From the IMG/VR virus record IMGVR_UViG_3300037803_000024, positions 1-56,516 of that record: DNA of 56,516 nt. The stretch is one strand, 5' to 3'. Positions 38,467 to 47,662 of the stretch are shown one piece after another; the first letter of the stretch is position 1, and the number at the start of each line of letters is the position of its first letter. The notes beneath the pieces were generated by a model. That model worked only from the letters and a program-made list of their open reading frames with translations, searched no databases and had not been told where the DNA came from. A program made the translations under genes and the position numbers. The DNA is from a virus (Duplodnaviria > Caudoviricetes).

Positions 38467-38910
38467 TCATTGGGCACCAGAGGGGAGGGTGTGCGGCGGC
38501 GTTTGGAGTTGTTGAAGGCTGCGACGCGCCCTATTCGCGTAGGACGCCGACATGGAACCCGGATTGGTCAGGTGGTCTCGGATGTCAGCGAGTTTAACCA
38601 AGCGGGCAAGGTCGTTCTTCGCCACCGCCAAAATGTACGTTGCGTAATCCCACGGCGGACGGCGCGTCAGCACGTCCACCGCAAAGACGATGTGGTCCGG
38701 CACGCCTTTTTCCCGCAACCGTTCAACTGACCAATCTTCGCAGTCCTCTACCACGTCGTGCAGCAGCGCCACAATGCGCGCCTCACCCTCGCACGCCAGT
38801 GCTACGCGCATCACATGGAAGATGTAGGGCTCGCCCTGCTTGTCCTTCTGGCCTCTGTGGGCGTCGAAGGCAATCTCGATGGCGAGGTGGAGCAGGTCCC
38901 CGTAGTTCAT
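38467..38910 (-). CDS. HD-domain phosphohydrolase (RelA/SpoT-HD-like)
   Basis: AHRGQKDKQGEPYIFH...ALLHDVVED...VKLAD. Confidence 0.85.
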   Translation of the reverse strand: MNYGDLLHLAIEIAFDAHRGQKDKQGEPYIFHVMRVALACEGEARIVALLHDVVEDCEDWSVERLREKGVPDHIVFAVDVLTRRPPWDYATYILAVAKNDLARLVKLADIRDHLTNPGSMSASYANRARRSLQQLQTPPHTLPSGAQ

Positions 38911-39890
38911 GGCTTCTCGCTCCCGGCAAGGCTCTCCCGCAGGCGCTCCATGATGTCGATTACCGGACGGCGAGTGGCGCGGCCGATGAATCGGAGGCCG
39001 GGCGTTTTCTCGGCGGGCATGTAGAGCAGCACCGAATCCGAGATGCCTTCGACGCGGAGCACATGCACCCTGTCTCCGTGCCGGGCAGAGCCCCGCGCCC
39101 TGCTCTCCAACTCCCATTCAGCCCCGAAGGCTCTCACCCCGCCGTTCCTGACGACTCTCTGGATCATAGGTCCGCCTCTGTGATGCAAGTGGCTACATGG
39201 CTTCCACCAGTCACGTCCATGCTCACAAGGGTGGAGTTGTTCGGCGACCATGCCCGCGAAAGGACACGTATCCGACTCGACCTCCGTAACGAAAGCCCTG
39301 CGGCGCAGCGAGTTGACCGGTGGCCTGCGGCGCCACGCGCGGAGAGCTAGCGTGCGAGCCCGGCGCTTGGACGTGGCGAATACCGGCATCCAATCCCGTC
39401 CGTACTCTGGCGGGTCAAGATCGTCGCCGCTGTAGGTCTGGTATTCTGGCGACGAGACGCCGTACCAACGTGGCCGCGCGTTCATGGCCTCGCGCCTTCT
39501 TCGTCAGGGAACAGGCGGCGGATTTCATCCATGCGCCGGTCTAGGTGCGCTATGCGTAAGTCGTTGCAGCGGTCGCACCATATAGGGTTGCGGTGGCCTG
39601 CCGTCTCGGCACAGACGCCTTCCAGAACTCCAAAGCCTGCGCATCTGCGGTTGACACGGAGCGGACGCGTCATGGCGTGCTCCCGTTGCTCCGCCCCGCC
39701 ACGTCGCCCAAGTAGGCGTTCAGCCGGTCACGAAGTTCTCGCGCTGCGACCTCGCCTAGCAGGATTTCGCTGGAGGCGCTGTTCGGCGGCACGATCCCGA
39801 AGAAACCGTGCGCGTCTGCGCGAGCATCAATGCGCGTCCGCCATTCGTCTCCGCAGGCGTCCAGATGCACGCTCTCGCCTACGATATCGC

Positions 39891-40133
39891 TCATACCTCT
39901 ACTCCGTTCAGCAGGTCCAGCGCGGTAACGCCCATGCTCGCCGCCAGCGCGCGCAACGTATCCAGGTCGGGCGTACGCTTGCCACGCTCCGCTGCGGAGA
40001 TCGTGGACTGCGCAACGCCAGACTTCTTCGCTAGCTCGCGCTGGCTCAATCCGGCATCGCGGCGGAACCCGGTGATCCGCCCCCCAAGTGTCAGCACGCC
40101 CATTCTCCCGTTGACGGTGTTGCCGCGCTCCAT
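39891..40133 (-). CDS. XRE-family HTH repressor
   Basis: GLSQRELAKKSGVAQSTISAAERGKRTPDLDTLRALA. Confidence 0.85.
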   Translation of the reverse strand: MERGNTVNGRMGVLTLGGRITGFRRDAGLSQRELAKKSGVAQSTISAAERGKRTPDLDTLRALAASMGVTALDLLNGVEV

Positions 40134-40145
40134 TCGCGCACCTGT

Positions 40146-40211
40146 ACTATACGGCATCGCACGGACGCTGTCAACGATCCCCTTGCGTGACAGCGCCGAC
40201 GCTATTATCAT
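40146..40211. promoter_or_regulatory. Back-to-back promoters with a shared inverted repeat
   Basis: Minus: TTGACA-17-TATAGT (40174-40146); plus: TTGCGT-17-TATCAT (40183-40211); CGCTGTCA (40166-40173)/TGACAGCG (40188-40195). Confidence 0.75.
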
Positions 40212-40280
40212 CATCCACAGGCAGGCGAGACAGCGCACCTCCAGCACAGAGAGACGACGATGGGGCCAGGACGTTTGCCA

Positions 40281-41825
40281 ATGGGTACCCGCCTGCTCCA
40301 CAGCGATGGGCGCATGGGAACCGTGGTCCGGCGCATCGCTTCAACCGACCGCGCGTGGACGGTAATGCTTGACGGCGGCGGGCGCCGGGTGCACTGGTGG
40401 GCTTCTGAAGTTACAGAGTTGAAGGTCGCCCCTTCAAAGAAGAGCGCGCACGAGTAGGCTCACCCTCTGAACCAAGGAGACAGGATCATGAACGATACGA
40501 CGCGGTGCCACGTCTGCGGGCAGGCCGTGGCGGTTGACAAGGACGGTCTCATTCACGCGCACGACGCGCCCGGTGCCACCACGAGCACGAACCCAAAGAT
40601 GGCTACCGATGCCAAGCAGGAGACGCAGACGTGGTGGAGGGCGGACACGCTCGGCGCTCCGCGAATCGAGCCTTTAGAGGTGGTGCGTGTGACCACCTCT
40701 ACCGTATCCTATCTGGAACGCGGGGAGAAGCGCCCGCGCCGTGCCAACAGAGTCACGAATTGGGATCGCTGGTTCCCTAGTGAAGCGCAGGCCGTGGCCT
40801 TCCAGCGCGAGCGGCTTCGCGCCGCAGTAAAGCGCCTGCGCGCCACCCTCGTACATGCTGAATCCACTCTCGCAGCCTTCAACGAAGCGCATCCCCTTCC
40901 CGCTACCGGAGAAACCAGTCAATGAGCGAGTCGCTTGAGCGGGTAATGCTCAACAGCCCGTACGGCTACGCCACCATTCTTGACGAAGATGGTTTCTATC
41001 GCATCTCCAATGGTGCCACGGGAACGGTCGTCGGTGGAGAATGGAACGGGGTACTGCGCGTCTCGTTCGACTATCCCGACGACGGCACGTATGACCTGCC
41101 GTCACATTGGCTTACTGTCCTTCCCGCTACGGAGGAACACGATGATTAGGATGAAGCGGCAGTTGACCGAACAACAGCTTCGTCAACTGGAGGCGCAGGA
41201 GTGGCGCTGCGCCTATCCGTGCTTGGACGGCGAGAACGCCGCGCCCATCATGCCGGGTCAGGCTCTCGCGCTCGCGTACGACGGGCACGGCATCGTCCAC
41301 CTGCGGTGCGCGTGGATCGGCATTGCTCCGCAACGAGAGGAAGGGTAAAGCGATGCGCACGGAGCGCGGCAGCGGAGCGGTGGTAGGGTGCTATTCGGTG
41401 CACCTGTACTGCCAGCACCCACGCCATCACGAAGAACAGTACGCATGGCCGCCGAACGACGCCGTAAGTAAGTCCCCGATGGAGTTCGCCGGGCGCTCTG
41501 AGACTGATTGCTTGCGCGAGGCGCGGAAATACGGTTGGTGGATTGGTCGCAAATACGAGGACTGGTCCCGCGCCGTGCTCTGTCCTTACCACGCTAGAGA
41601 GGTGCCACGATGAAGCCGCGCTGCTATTCCTGCGGCCTGCCCTATACGGAGTTCGGCGGCGACCTGCGCCTACCAGACTCGGTGTGGGAGCGGATCAATC
41701 CGTCCCCACACAAGGGCGGCGGCCTGCTCTGCGCGAGGTGCACCATGCACGCGCTCGCCTACGTGGACACCTCATACTTCCCCGAAGGCATTCCCGCTGT
41801 GCTGTTTCCCGTGAAGCCGGAATGA
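40281..41825 (+). other. Plus-strand operon of small hypothetical genes (40281-40457, 40488-40925, 40922-41149, 41142-41348, 41353-41613, 41610-41825), several Zn-binding
   Basis: Coupled ORFs with RBSs between the promoter and a hairpin. Confidence 0.55.
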
Positions 41826-41833
41826 AAGGCGAT

Positions 41834-41863
41834 AGCGGCCCCGTCTCGGAAGGCGGGGCCGCT
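41834..41863. terminator. Hairpin between convergent operons
   Basis: AGCGGCCCCGTC-TCGGAA-GGCGGGGCCGCT. Confidence 0.6.
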
Positions 41864-41996
41864 CCGGTGCGCCGTACTTGTGGGCTGACGCGTCTGCCTG
41901 TTCCGGTGTAGCGGCGGGCGGTTGGACCGTGGATGTAGGGACCGGCGCACGCGTTCAGTATCGCGTGGGCGCGTCGGGAAGCGCAAGAGGCGTCCG

Positions 41997-42653
41997 CTAC
42001 ATCTCCGCCAACTGAAAGTGCATCCCGTCCTTCCGCTCCTCGAAGTCGCCGCCCCAAATGAAACCGTGCTTCTTGAAGATGGCGACGATGCGCTGATCCA
42101 TCTTGGGCGGCTTCCCCAACGGGTTCTCCGCGACGTTGAAGTCCACGGCAATTCCCCACGCGTGAGTTGAGAAGCCGGTACGCCCCCGCACCTTGCGGCA
42201 GTTGAAGCACCCGCCGAAGTCCTTCATCAGCGGCCAGAGCTCGGCCGCGTGCACCTCATTGAACGCCGCCTGCATCGGACCAGCGGCGAGACGGTGACAG
42301 GCGAACACGCGGACCTGCGCGCCATCCCAGGAAGTCGGCAGCGGCGCCGGGAGATTCACCCGCCCCGCCTCGCACTCCTTGCCGCATGGCGGACCGTAGA
42401 GCGCTCGCACCTCCTGCTCACCGTGCGGCACCCTGAATTTGGCCGTGGATGCGTCTGGCTGCGCATCAGGGGCGTTTTCCACGTAGGAGCCGTGTACCCA
42501 GCCCTCCACGCCGCTCGCGAGCCTCACGTAGCGCCACGGGCCGTCCGTCACCTGCTCCACGATTACGCCCTTTGCCAGTTGCCCGACGAGCGGAGCCTTG
42601 GCGCTGGGTGCGGAGCGCAGGTTGAGCACCGTTGCCGTCACGCGCAGTTTCAT
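41997..42653 (-). CDS. Endolysin: SH3 cell-wall-binding domain plus M15 peptidase
   Basis: LNLRSAPS...EGWVHGSYV; FNCRKVRG...STHAWGIAVD...WGGDF...DGMHFQ. Confidence 0.88.
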   Translation of the reverse strand: MKLRVTATVLNLRSAPSAKAPLVGQLAKGVIVEQVTDGPWRYVRLASGVEGWVHGSYVENAPDAQPDASTAKFRVPHGEQEVRALYGPPCGKECEAGRVNLPAPLPTSWDGAQVRVFACHRLAAGPMQAAFNEVHAAELWPLMKDFGGCFNCRKVRGRTGFSTHAWGIAVDFNVAENPLGKPPKMDQRIVAIFKKHGFIWGGDFEERKDGMHFQLAEM

Positions 42654-42937
42654 GCTCCGCTCTCCCTCTGCTTGCTGGCTGTGCGCTGCCGTCTGGTGAT
42701 GTGGGCAGCCGCGGCGATGCTGTCCGCGTGCAGGCCAGCGTCTCGGATCTTGGCGACGGACACAGTGAACATGCGCGAGATGGAGGCTTGGAGGACGGGC
42801 ACCACGAACGCCAACAGCGCTCCCCACGCGCCCGCCTTCTCCGTGTCGAGCACGTGGTAACTCACCAGCAGCGCCAGAACGGCGCCGACTGCGGTTCCGG
42901 TCATCAGCGCAGGTTCGTAACTCAGTTTCGGCGCCAC
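42650..42937 (-). CDS. Holin (two TM segments)
   Basis: Two hydrophobic segments and a basic C-terminus; coupled to the endolysin. Confidence 0.7.
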   Translation of the reverse strand: MAPKLSYEPALMTGTAVGAVLALLVSYHVLDTEKAGAWGALLAFVVPVLQASISRMFTVSVAKIRDAGLHADSIAAAAHITRRQRTASKQRESGA

Positions 42938-43013
42938 GTTTCATCCTCCTTTTTCGCTGGGGTGTCGCCCCCCCCAAAGATAGCAGTTGCGATCCCCTGC
43001 CGATACGTACCCC

Positions 43014-43042
43014 TTGACGTACCATTGGCACGCGACTAAATT
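43014..43042 (+). promoter_or_regulatory. sigma70-like promoter for the 43057 gene
   Basis: TTGACG-17-TAAATT. Confidence 0.55.
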
Positions 43043-43056
43043 GGAAGGCGTGGGGG

Positions 43057-43431
43057 ATGGAGACGGCAACCCGACCTTGGAGACGAACGATGCGCGGACT
43101 GATTGAGCACCACTTGGGCATGCGGATCGACGGCCGAATCTGTCGCTTCGAGCAGGGCGGGATGACGGAAGAGGAGTTCGCCGTCTACACTAAGCACGGC
43201 CTACCGAAGGGATGGGTTGCGTGGCACGCCGGAACGGTGAACGCGGAAGCACTCCGCAAGGTGCCGGTCGCAACACTGGACGACGGTCGCCCCGTGCCGC
43301 GACACATGATCCTCGCCGGTTTGCGGGAAGCCGCACAACTCGCCACCGCGCGGCGGCCACGCATCTCCCATGACGACGCGTACGGCGAGTTCTGTGAGAT
43401 GAACGACAGCGAACGCTTCGGGGCGGAATGA
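43057..43431 (+). CDS. Hypothetical protein (counter-oriented moron)
   Basis: 124 aa with its own promoter. Confidence 0.5.
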   Translation: METATRPWRRTMRGLIEHHLGMRIDGRICRFEQGGMTEEEFAVYTKHGLPKGWVAWHAGTVNAEALRKVPVATLDDGRPVPRHMILAGLREAAQLATARRPRISHDDAYGEFCEMNDSERFGAE

Positions 43432-43698
43432 CCGCCACTGAATTCGCGGCGTGGATGGAGGCGCGCGGCCTGGACGACAGGGCCGCCGCCCCCTTGCTCG
43501 CCGCCTCGCGTCCCGAAGTAACTCGGTGGCGCAACGGCACCCGCCCCGTTCCCCGGCGTGTGGCTCGCATTGTGGAACTGCTGGATGCATCGTCGCCCGC
43601 CTAGTGCGATTCTTGCGACGGTACAGGTCCGCGCGCTATTCTACCGGCGCGCGTTTTCCCCAAGCATCCCCCCACCTCACAGCACGGAGCAGACCAAC

Positions 43699-43890
43699 AT
43701 GGGCGACAAGGACCGTGACATCATCGACCCGCCCCGCTCGCCACGAGTGCCCAGCGATCCCGGCAGGCCGGTGACCACGCAGGATGAGCCCGCGCCTCCT
43801 GCGCCGGGGCCGGGCACTGGCTCCGGTGGAGGGACGGGCGGCGGGGGCAGTGGGGGCGGCGGCACGGGCGGGGGTGGAGGCGGCGGCTGA
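43699..43890 (+). CDS. 63-aa Pro-rich peptide with a poly-Gly tail
   Basis: MGDKDRDIIDPPRSPRVPSDPGRP...GSGGGTGGGGSGGGGTGGGGGGG; GGAG RBS; upstream TTGCGA-18-TATTCT (43613-43642). Confidence 0.55.
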   Translation: MGDKDRDIIDPPRSPRVPSDPGRPVTTQDEPAPPAPGPGTGSGGGTGGGGSGGGGTGGGGGGG

Positions 43891-43932
43891 TTCCCTCCAC
43901 TAACTACAACAAGGCGAGCGTCCGGGCTTCAG

Positions 43933-44730
43933 TCAGGTCCGGGCGCTTTCTCGTTCCGCGAGCGCGGCTTCTCGCAACGCCCTCGCCTGCTCCACTGGCA
44001 CGGGTTCGTCCCGTTCCACGCCGATCCGCTCTGCGGCGTTAGCCAGTTGGAGCACACGCGCGAAGTCGCCCATCTTCAGCGCAGCCTCACCAGCGAACGC
44101 CAGCGTGAGCGCCGCCGCTTCGCCGTTCGGCAGTGCGGCTAGGTAGGTATCCAGCGCCTCCGATGCGGACAGGTACCGTTGCCGCCAGTGCAGCGCAGCG
44201 GCGCACTGCATCTGGTTCGCCGCTGCGGCCAAATGATAGCGGAGCGTGCGCATGGAGGCTGGCACGCACCGCCACTGCTCAAGGCACGCCCGCGCTTTGT
44301 CCTTGTCTTTGGGATCGCGCTCGAATGCATCCGAGGCCATGTCCGCGAGGACGCCGGTGATGCACGAGTCGCGCGGGTTCACGTCGTGGTAGAGCCTGAA
44401 CGCCGTGCCCGCCATCTCCCTGAACTGCTGGCGGTCGCCGCACTCCCGTGTAGCCAGCGCTAGATCGTGGTAGGCGCCTCCCAGGTGCGGAGTCAGTCCG
44501 TGCATCAGCACCACGTCAAGGGCGTGCCTGTAGTGCGCCACGGCCTCTCTGGGCTCGCCCCTGCCAATGTACATGCGGCCGGGCACCTCTGCGGCCCTGT
44601 ACGCGATTTCAGCGTTGTGCTCGAAGCCCGCTTGGCGCCCTGCGGTTTCGGACAAGCTGAGGCACGCCTGAACATCACCGATGCCGCAGGCGAAGCGGGC
44701 GCGGTCCAGCGTTTCTGCGGCGGTGTTCAC
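43933..44730 (-). CDS. TPR-like helical-repeat protein
   Basis: GRMYIGRGEPREAVAHYRHAL...AYHDLA...AGEAALKMGDFARVLQLA. Confidence 0.65.
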   Translation of the reverse strand: MNTAAETLDRARFACGIGDVQACLSLSETAGRQAGFEHNAEIAYRAAEVPGRMYIGRGEPREAVAHYRHALDVVLMHGLTPHLGGAYHDLALATRECGDRQQFREMAGTAFRLYHDVNPRDSCITGVLADMASDAFERDPKDKDKARACLEQWRCVPASMRTLRYHLAAAANQMQCAAALHWRQRYLSASEALDTYLAALPNGEAAALTLAFAGEAALKMGDFARVLQLANAAERIGVERDEPVPVEQARALREAALAERESART

Positions 44731-45176
44731 GCGCGGAGTGGTTCCAGTGCCTTCTTCAGGTCGTCGTACACGTCCAGCCGGGTCTCAATGCGCGCCAGCC
44801 GCTCGCCGATGCTGCGGTCTTCGGCGAGCCGTTCGCGCTCGTGCTTCTCCAGCATCTCCATCACCCGGTCCATCCGTGCGTCGTGCCTCCCAAACTGCTC
44901 CGCGAGCGAGGTCTGTGTCAAGTGCACCCGCTCCACCACGCGGTCCGTGGCTTCGATTCTGGCGGCGTTGGTCGTGACGGACTGCCCCAAGGCACCCATC
45001 CGCTCACCCTGTTCCTTGAACCGCCGCTCCGCTTCTGCCCTGTCTCTCTCTGCCTGCTCCTGCAATGGACGGCGGATGAACTTGGCGACGAAGGCGACGG
45101 CGGCAGCCACCGCAAGCGTGAACTGCACCACCAGCGAGAGCCAGCCGCTCAGAGTGTCGGGAAGAAATGGCGGCAT
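44727..45176 (-). CDS. Membrane-anchored coiled-coil protein (holin- or lysis-associated?)
   Basis: N-terminal TM segment followed by a coiled coil. Confidence 0.5.
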   Translation of the reverse strand: MPPFLPDTLSGWLSLVVQFTLAVAAAVAFVAKFIRRPLQEQAERDRAEAERRFKEQGERMGALGQSVTTNAARIEATDRVVERVHLTQTSLAEQFGRHDARMDRVMEMLEKHERERLAEDRSIGERLARIETRLDVYDDLKKALEPLRA

Positions 45177-45239
45177 TTTGTGGTGCCAAGTGGAAGGCGA
45201 GAAGCGTGCGCCGACGTGAAGACGGGCGCCCTTGTCTGC

Positions 45240-45719
45240 TTACGACTTAAACGCGGCGTACAGGGCTCCGGCAATCCCTACCAGCACGCCGATGGCGCCC
45301 AGCGCCGAAACCAGCAGCGCACCGGCTGGGGAAAAGCCGGTGCCTCGCGCATCGCTGCGCTCTACCTGCTTGGATAGTGCGGCGATTTCCGCGCCGCGTC
45401 CCCGGTCCTGTACGTTCATGGTCTCCGCGATGGCCGCGATCTGCTCCTTGAAGGCGGCTTCCTGCTTGGTGACGGCTTCCTTCGCGGCTGTGAACGCCGT
45501 GGTCACGTTGCGCTCTGAGGCGGCAAACTTGGCGTCTGTCAATTCCTTCTGCGCCGCCAACTGTGCCTCTACGGACTGGATCTTGTTCTCCAGCAGCACT
45601 TGCAGATGGTCGATCTCGCGCAGCAGTTGGGCCGTCGTCAGCGTAGACGGGTCAGGTCTGGGGATATTGGGTGCGACTGCCCGCCCCTGCTCTCCGTACT
45701 GCTCTGCCGAATCTGGCAT
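45240..45719 (-). CDS. Coiled-coil protein with a C-terminal TM segment
   Basis: Heptad region, then ALLVSALGAIGVLVGIAGALYAAF. Confidence 0.5.
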   Translation of the reverse strand: MPDSAEQYGEQGRAVAPNIPRPDPSTLTTAQLLREIDHLQVLLENKIQSVEAQLAAQKELTDAKFAASERNVTTAFTAAKEAVTKQEAAFKEQIAAIAETMNVQDRGRGAEIAALSKQVERSDARGTGFSPAGALLVSALGAIGVLVGIAGALYAAFKS

Positions 45720-45724
45720 GGGCC

Positions 45725-46033
45725 CTAACAGCCGATGTCGGGCAGTACCCTCGCCCGAATGCTGTCCTCCGTCTTGCGCGCGGTGCAGAAGATCGTGCGG
45801 GCGCGTTCCCACTCGCGCCTGTCCTCGTTGTACTTGGCCTCCAGAGCTTCCTGCCGCACTTCCACGGCCGTCAGGCGCACGGAATTGCCCCGCACGTCCT
45901 GACGCACCTGAAGCACGGAAGTGATGATCGCCACCAACGGCCCGAGCAGGCCGATGACCATAAGGATGCTCTTCAGGTCGAACGAAACCAAGAACTTGCC
46001 ACCGCCCACGGCGCGGCCCGTTTCGTCTGCCAT
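45725..46033 (-). CDS. TM plus coiled-coil protein
   Basis: ILMVIGLLGPLVAIITSVL followed by a coiled coil. Confidence 0.5.
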   Translation of the reverse strand: MADETGRAVGGGKFLVSFDLKSILMVIGLLGPLVAIITSVLQVRQDVRGNSVRLTAVEVRQEALEAKYNEDRREWERARTIFCTARKTEDSIRARVLPDIGC

Positions 46034-46039
46034 TTGCTT

Positions 46040-46267
46040 CTATCCCCGTTCGCCCGATGGTTGCGGCGCCCCGCCCGACACTCCCGCGCTGCCGCTCGCC
46101 GGTTCAGCCACGCCCGCGACGATTCCCGCCTCGACCTCATGGCGAAGCTTCACCAGCGTGGCTAGATTCGCCAAGTGCATGTCGCTGGCATCCTTGGGAA
46201 GAGATGCCGCAGTGACGTGGATACACTTGAGGATCGTGGCCTGCTGCTCCTTGCTGTCGAAAAGCAT
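46040..46267 (-). CDS. Small protein after the tail fibre (possible chaperone)
   Basis: Position only. Confidence 0.4.
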   Translation of the reverse strand: MLFDSKEQQATILKCIHVTAASLPKDASDMHLANLATLVKLRHEVEAGIVAGVAEPASGSAGVSGGAPQPSGERG

Positions 46268-46285
46268 TCTGCTGCTCCGGCTGGT

Positions 46286-47662
46286 TCAGGTTGCGTAGTA
46301 AGGTATCTTGCGGGACGTACCGGCGATATTCACCACGAGAAACCCTACCGGGTTGGCTGGGAGCGTGTTGGCACCAGCCGTAGCGGTGGTCGCCGTCGTT
46401 GGCGCGGTCAGCGTCAGATTGGTCCCTATCGTGAGCGCCCCTGACAACGCCACTGCGCCGGTAGAGCGTGTTATCGTTATGGCCGTGAACAGGGCGGCGC
46501 CAGCATCGTCGCGAACTTGCACCTCCACATTCGAGCCAGCGTTGGAGCCGGATTCCGCAGTGCTGTTCACTCGCACAACCATGCGGTTGGAGCCTGAAGT
46601 ACGAAACACCACGTCCCGGTTGGTTCCGGCAGCACCGTCAATAACCAGAGCAGCCACGGTCGGTGCGTTGGACCACGCCGGTGCGGTTGTATTGTGCGTC
46701 AGGATGGACGCCGACGCAGGCTTCGCGAGATTGGAGAACGCATCTGCGCCCGTGCTGTACAGCATCCCGCCCGCCGTGCTGGTGACGCCCGCCAATGCGG
46801 TCAGCGTCGCGTCGAGTGGCTGCGCGCCGATGGTGGAGAGCACAGTAGCTGCGTCTGCATCATCCAGGAACGAGCGGGCGAAGACGCTGAGATCAAACAG
46901 CGCCGCCGCGCCAGAGCCCGTGAAGTAGATACCCTTGTTGGCGGCCGATGTGAGACCGGCGATGGCGGTAAGTTCCGCGTCCAACGGTTGCGCGAGGGCG
47001 CCCACGGCAGACGCGAAATCGCTGATCGTCGCCGCCAACTGCATCCCGGTGTGATGGGAGCGGGCGAGCAAATACGCCGAGTCCTGACTGGCGGCCCCAA
47101 GATAATGCGCCGTCAGGTTGTCCACGCGGTCAGTCCCCACGACAACGAAAGGAACCGTAGATGACTGGAAAGAGGCGGCAGCGTTGAAAATCTGCGACAG
47201 CGCCCACGAGCCGGATGAATCCAGCCGCCCCAGCCCGGATGCGTGGTAGCCATCTACCTTGTCCGCATCCAGGTTGGTGCACAGCAGCGCAGATGCCGGG
47301 ATATTGGTGAGTGGCGCGTGGGCAGAGAGCAGGGACGCGAAGTTGATTCCAAGCGCCCCCGGCAACACTGCGCTCCCTGCTATCAGGTTGCCATCGGAGG
47401 AGATGGAGCCTACCGTGCTGATGCCTCCGGAGAGGTCCAGCGAGCCGGTAACGTGAGACCCATCAAGAAACCCCGTCGCGTTCTCCAGCGCGAGATAGTA
47501 CGCGGCAGGGAAGCCGCCGACACCCGCACCAGAGCCAGCGGACGCGTCCAGCCACGCCTTCGCGTCTGGCAGAGGGCCAAAGTCCAGCCCCGCGCCGCAG
47601 ACGATCTCGCCATCGAAGACGATGCGCTTGGTGCCGTCCGTGTTTACGAGTGTAGCCGTCAT
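46286..47662 (-). CDS. Tail fibre / receptor-binding protein
   Basis: NLDADKVDG, ARSHHTGMQLAATISDF, repeated AQPLDA.LTA.AG, C-terminal RKIPYY. Confidence 0.8.
   Translation of the reverse strand: MTATLVNTDGTKRIVFDGEIVCGAGLDFGPLPDAKAWLDASAGSGAGVGGFPAAYYLALENATGFLDGSHVTGSLDLSGGISTVGSISSDGNLIAGSAVLPGALGINFASLLSAHAPLTNIPASALLCTNLDADKVDGYHASGLGRLDSSGSWALSQIFNAAASFQSSTVPFVVVGTDRVDNLTAHYLGAASQDSAYLLARSHHTGMQLAATISDFASAVGALAQPLDAELTAIAGLTSAANKGIYFTGSGAAALFDLSVFARSFLDDADAATVLSTIGAQPLDATLTALAGVTSTAGGMLYSTGADAFSNLAKPASASILTHNTTAPAWSNAPTVAALVIDGAAGTNRDVVFRTSGSNRMVVRVNSTAESGSNAGSNVEVQVRDDAGAALFTAITITRSTGAVALSGALTIGTNLTLTAPTTATTATAGANTLPANPVGFLVVNIAGTSRKIPYYAT

Noticed and set aside
43825-43890. G-rich tract as a G-quadruplex or regulatory repeat
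   Set aside because: Explained by Gly codons (GGN) of the 63-aa ORF
43699-43890. Fifth member of the RiPP precursor family
   Set aside because: Lacks the shared leader and has no Cys
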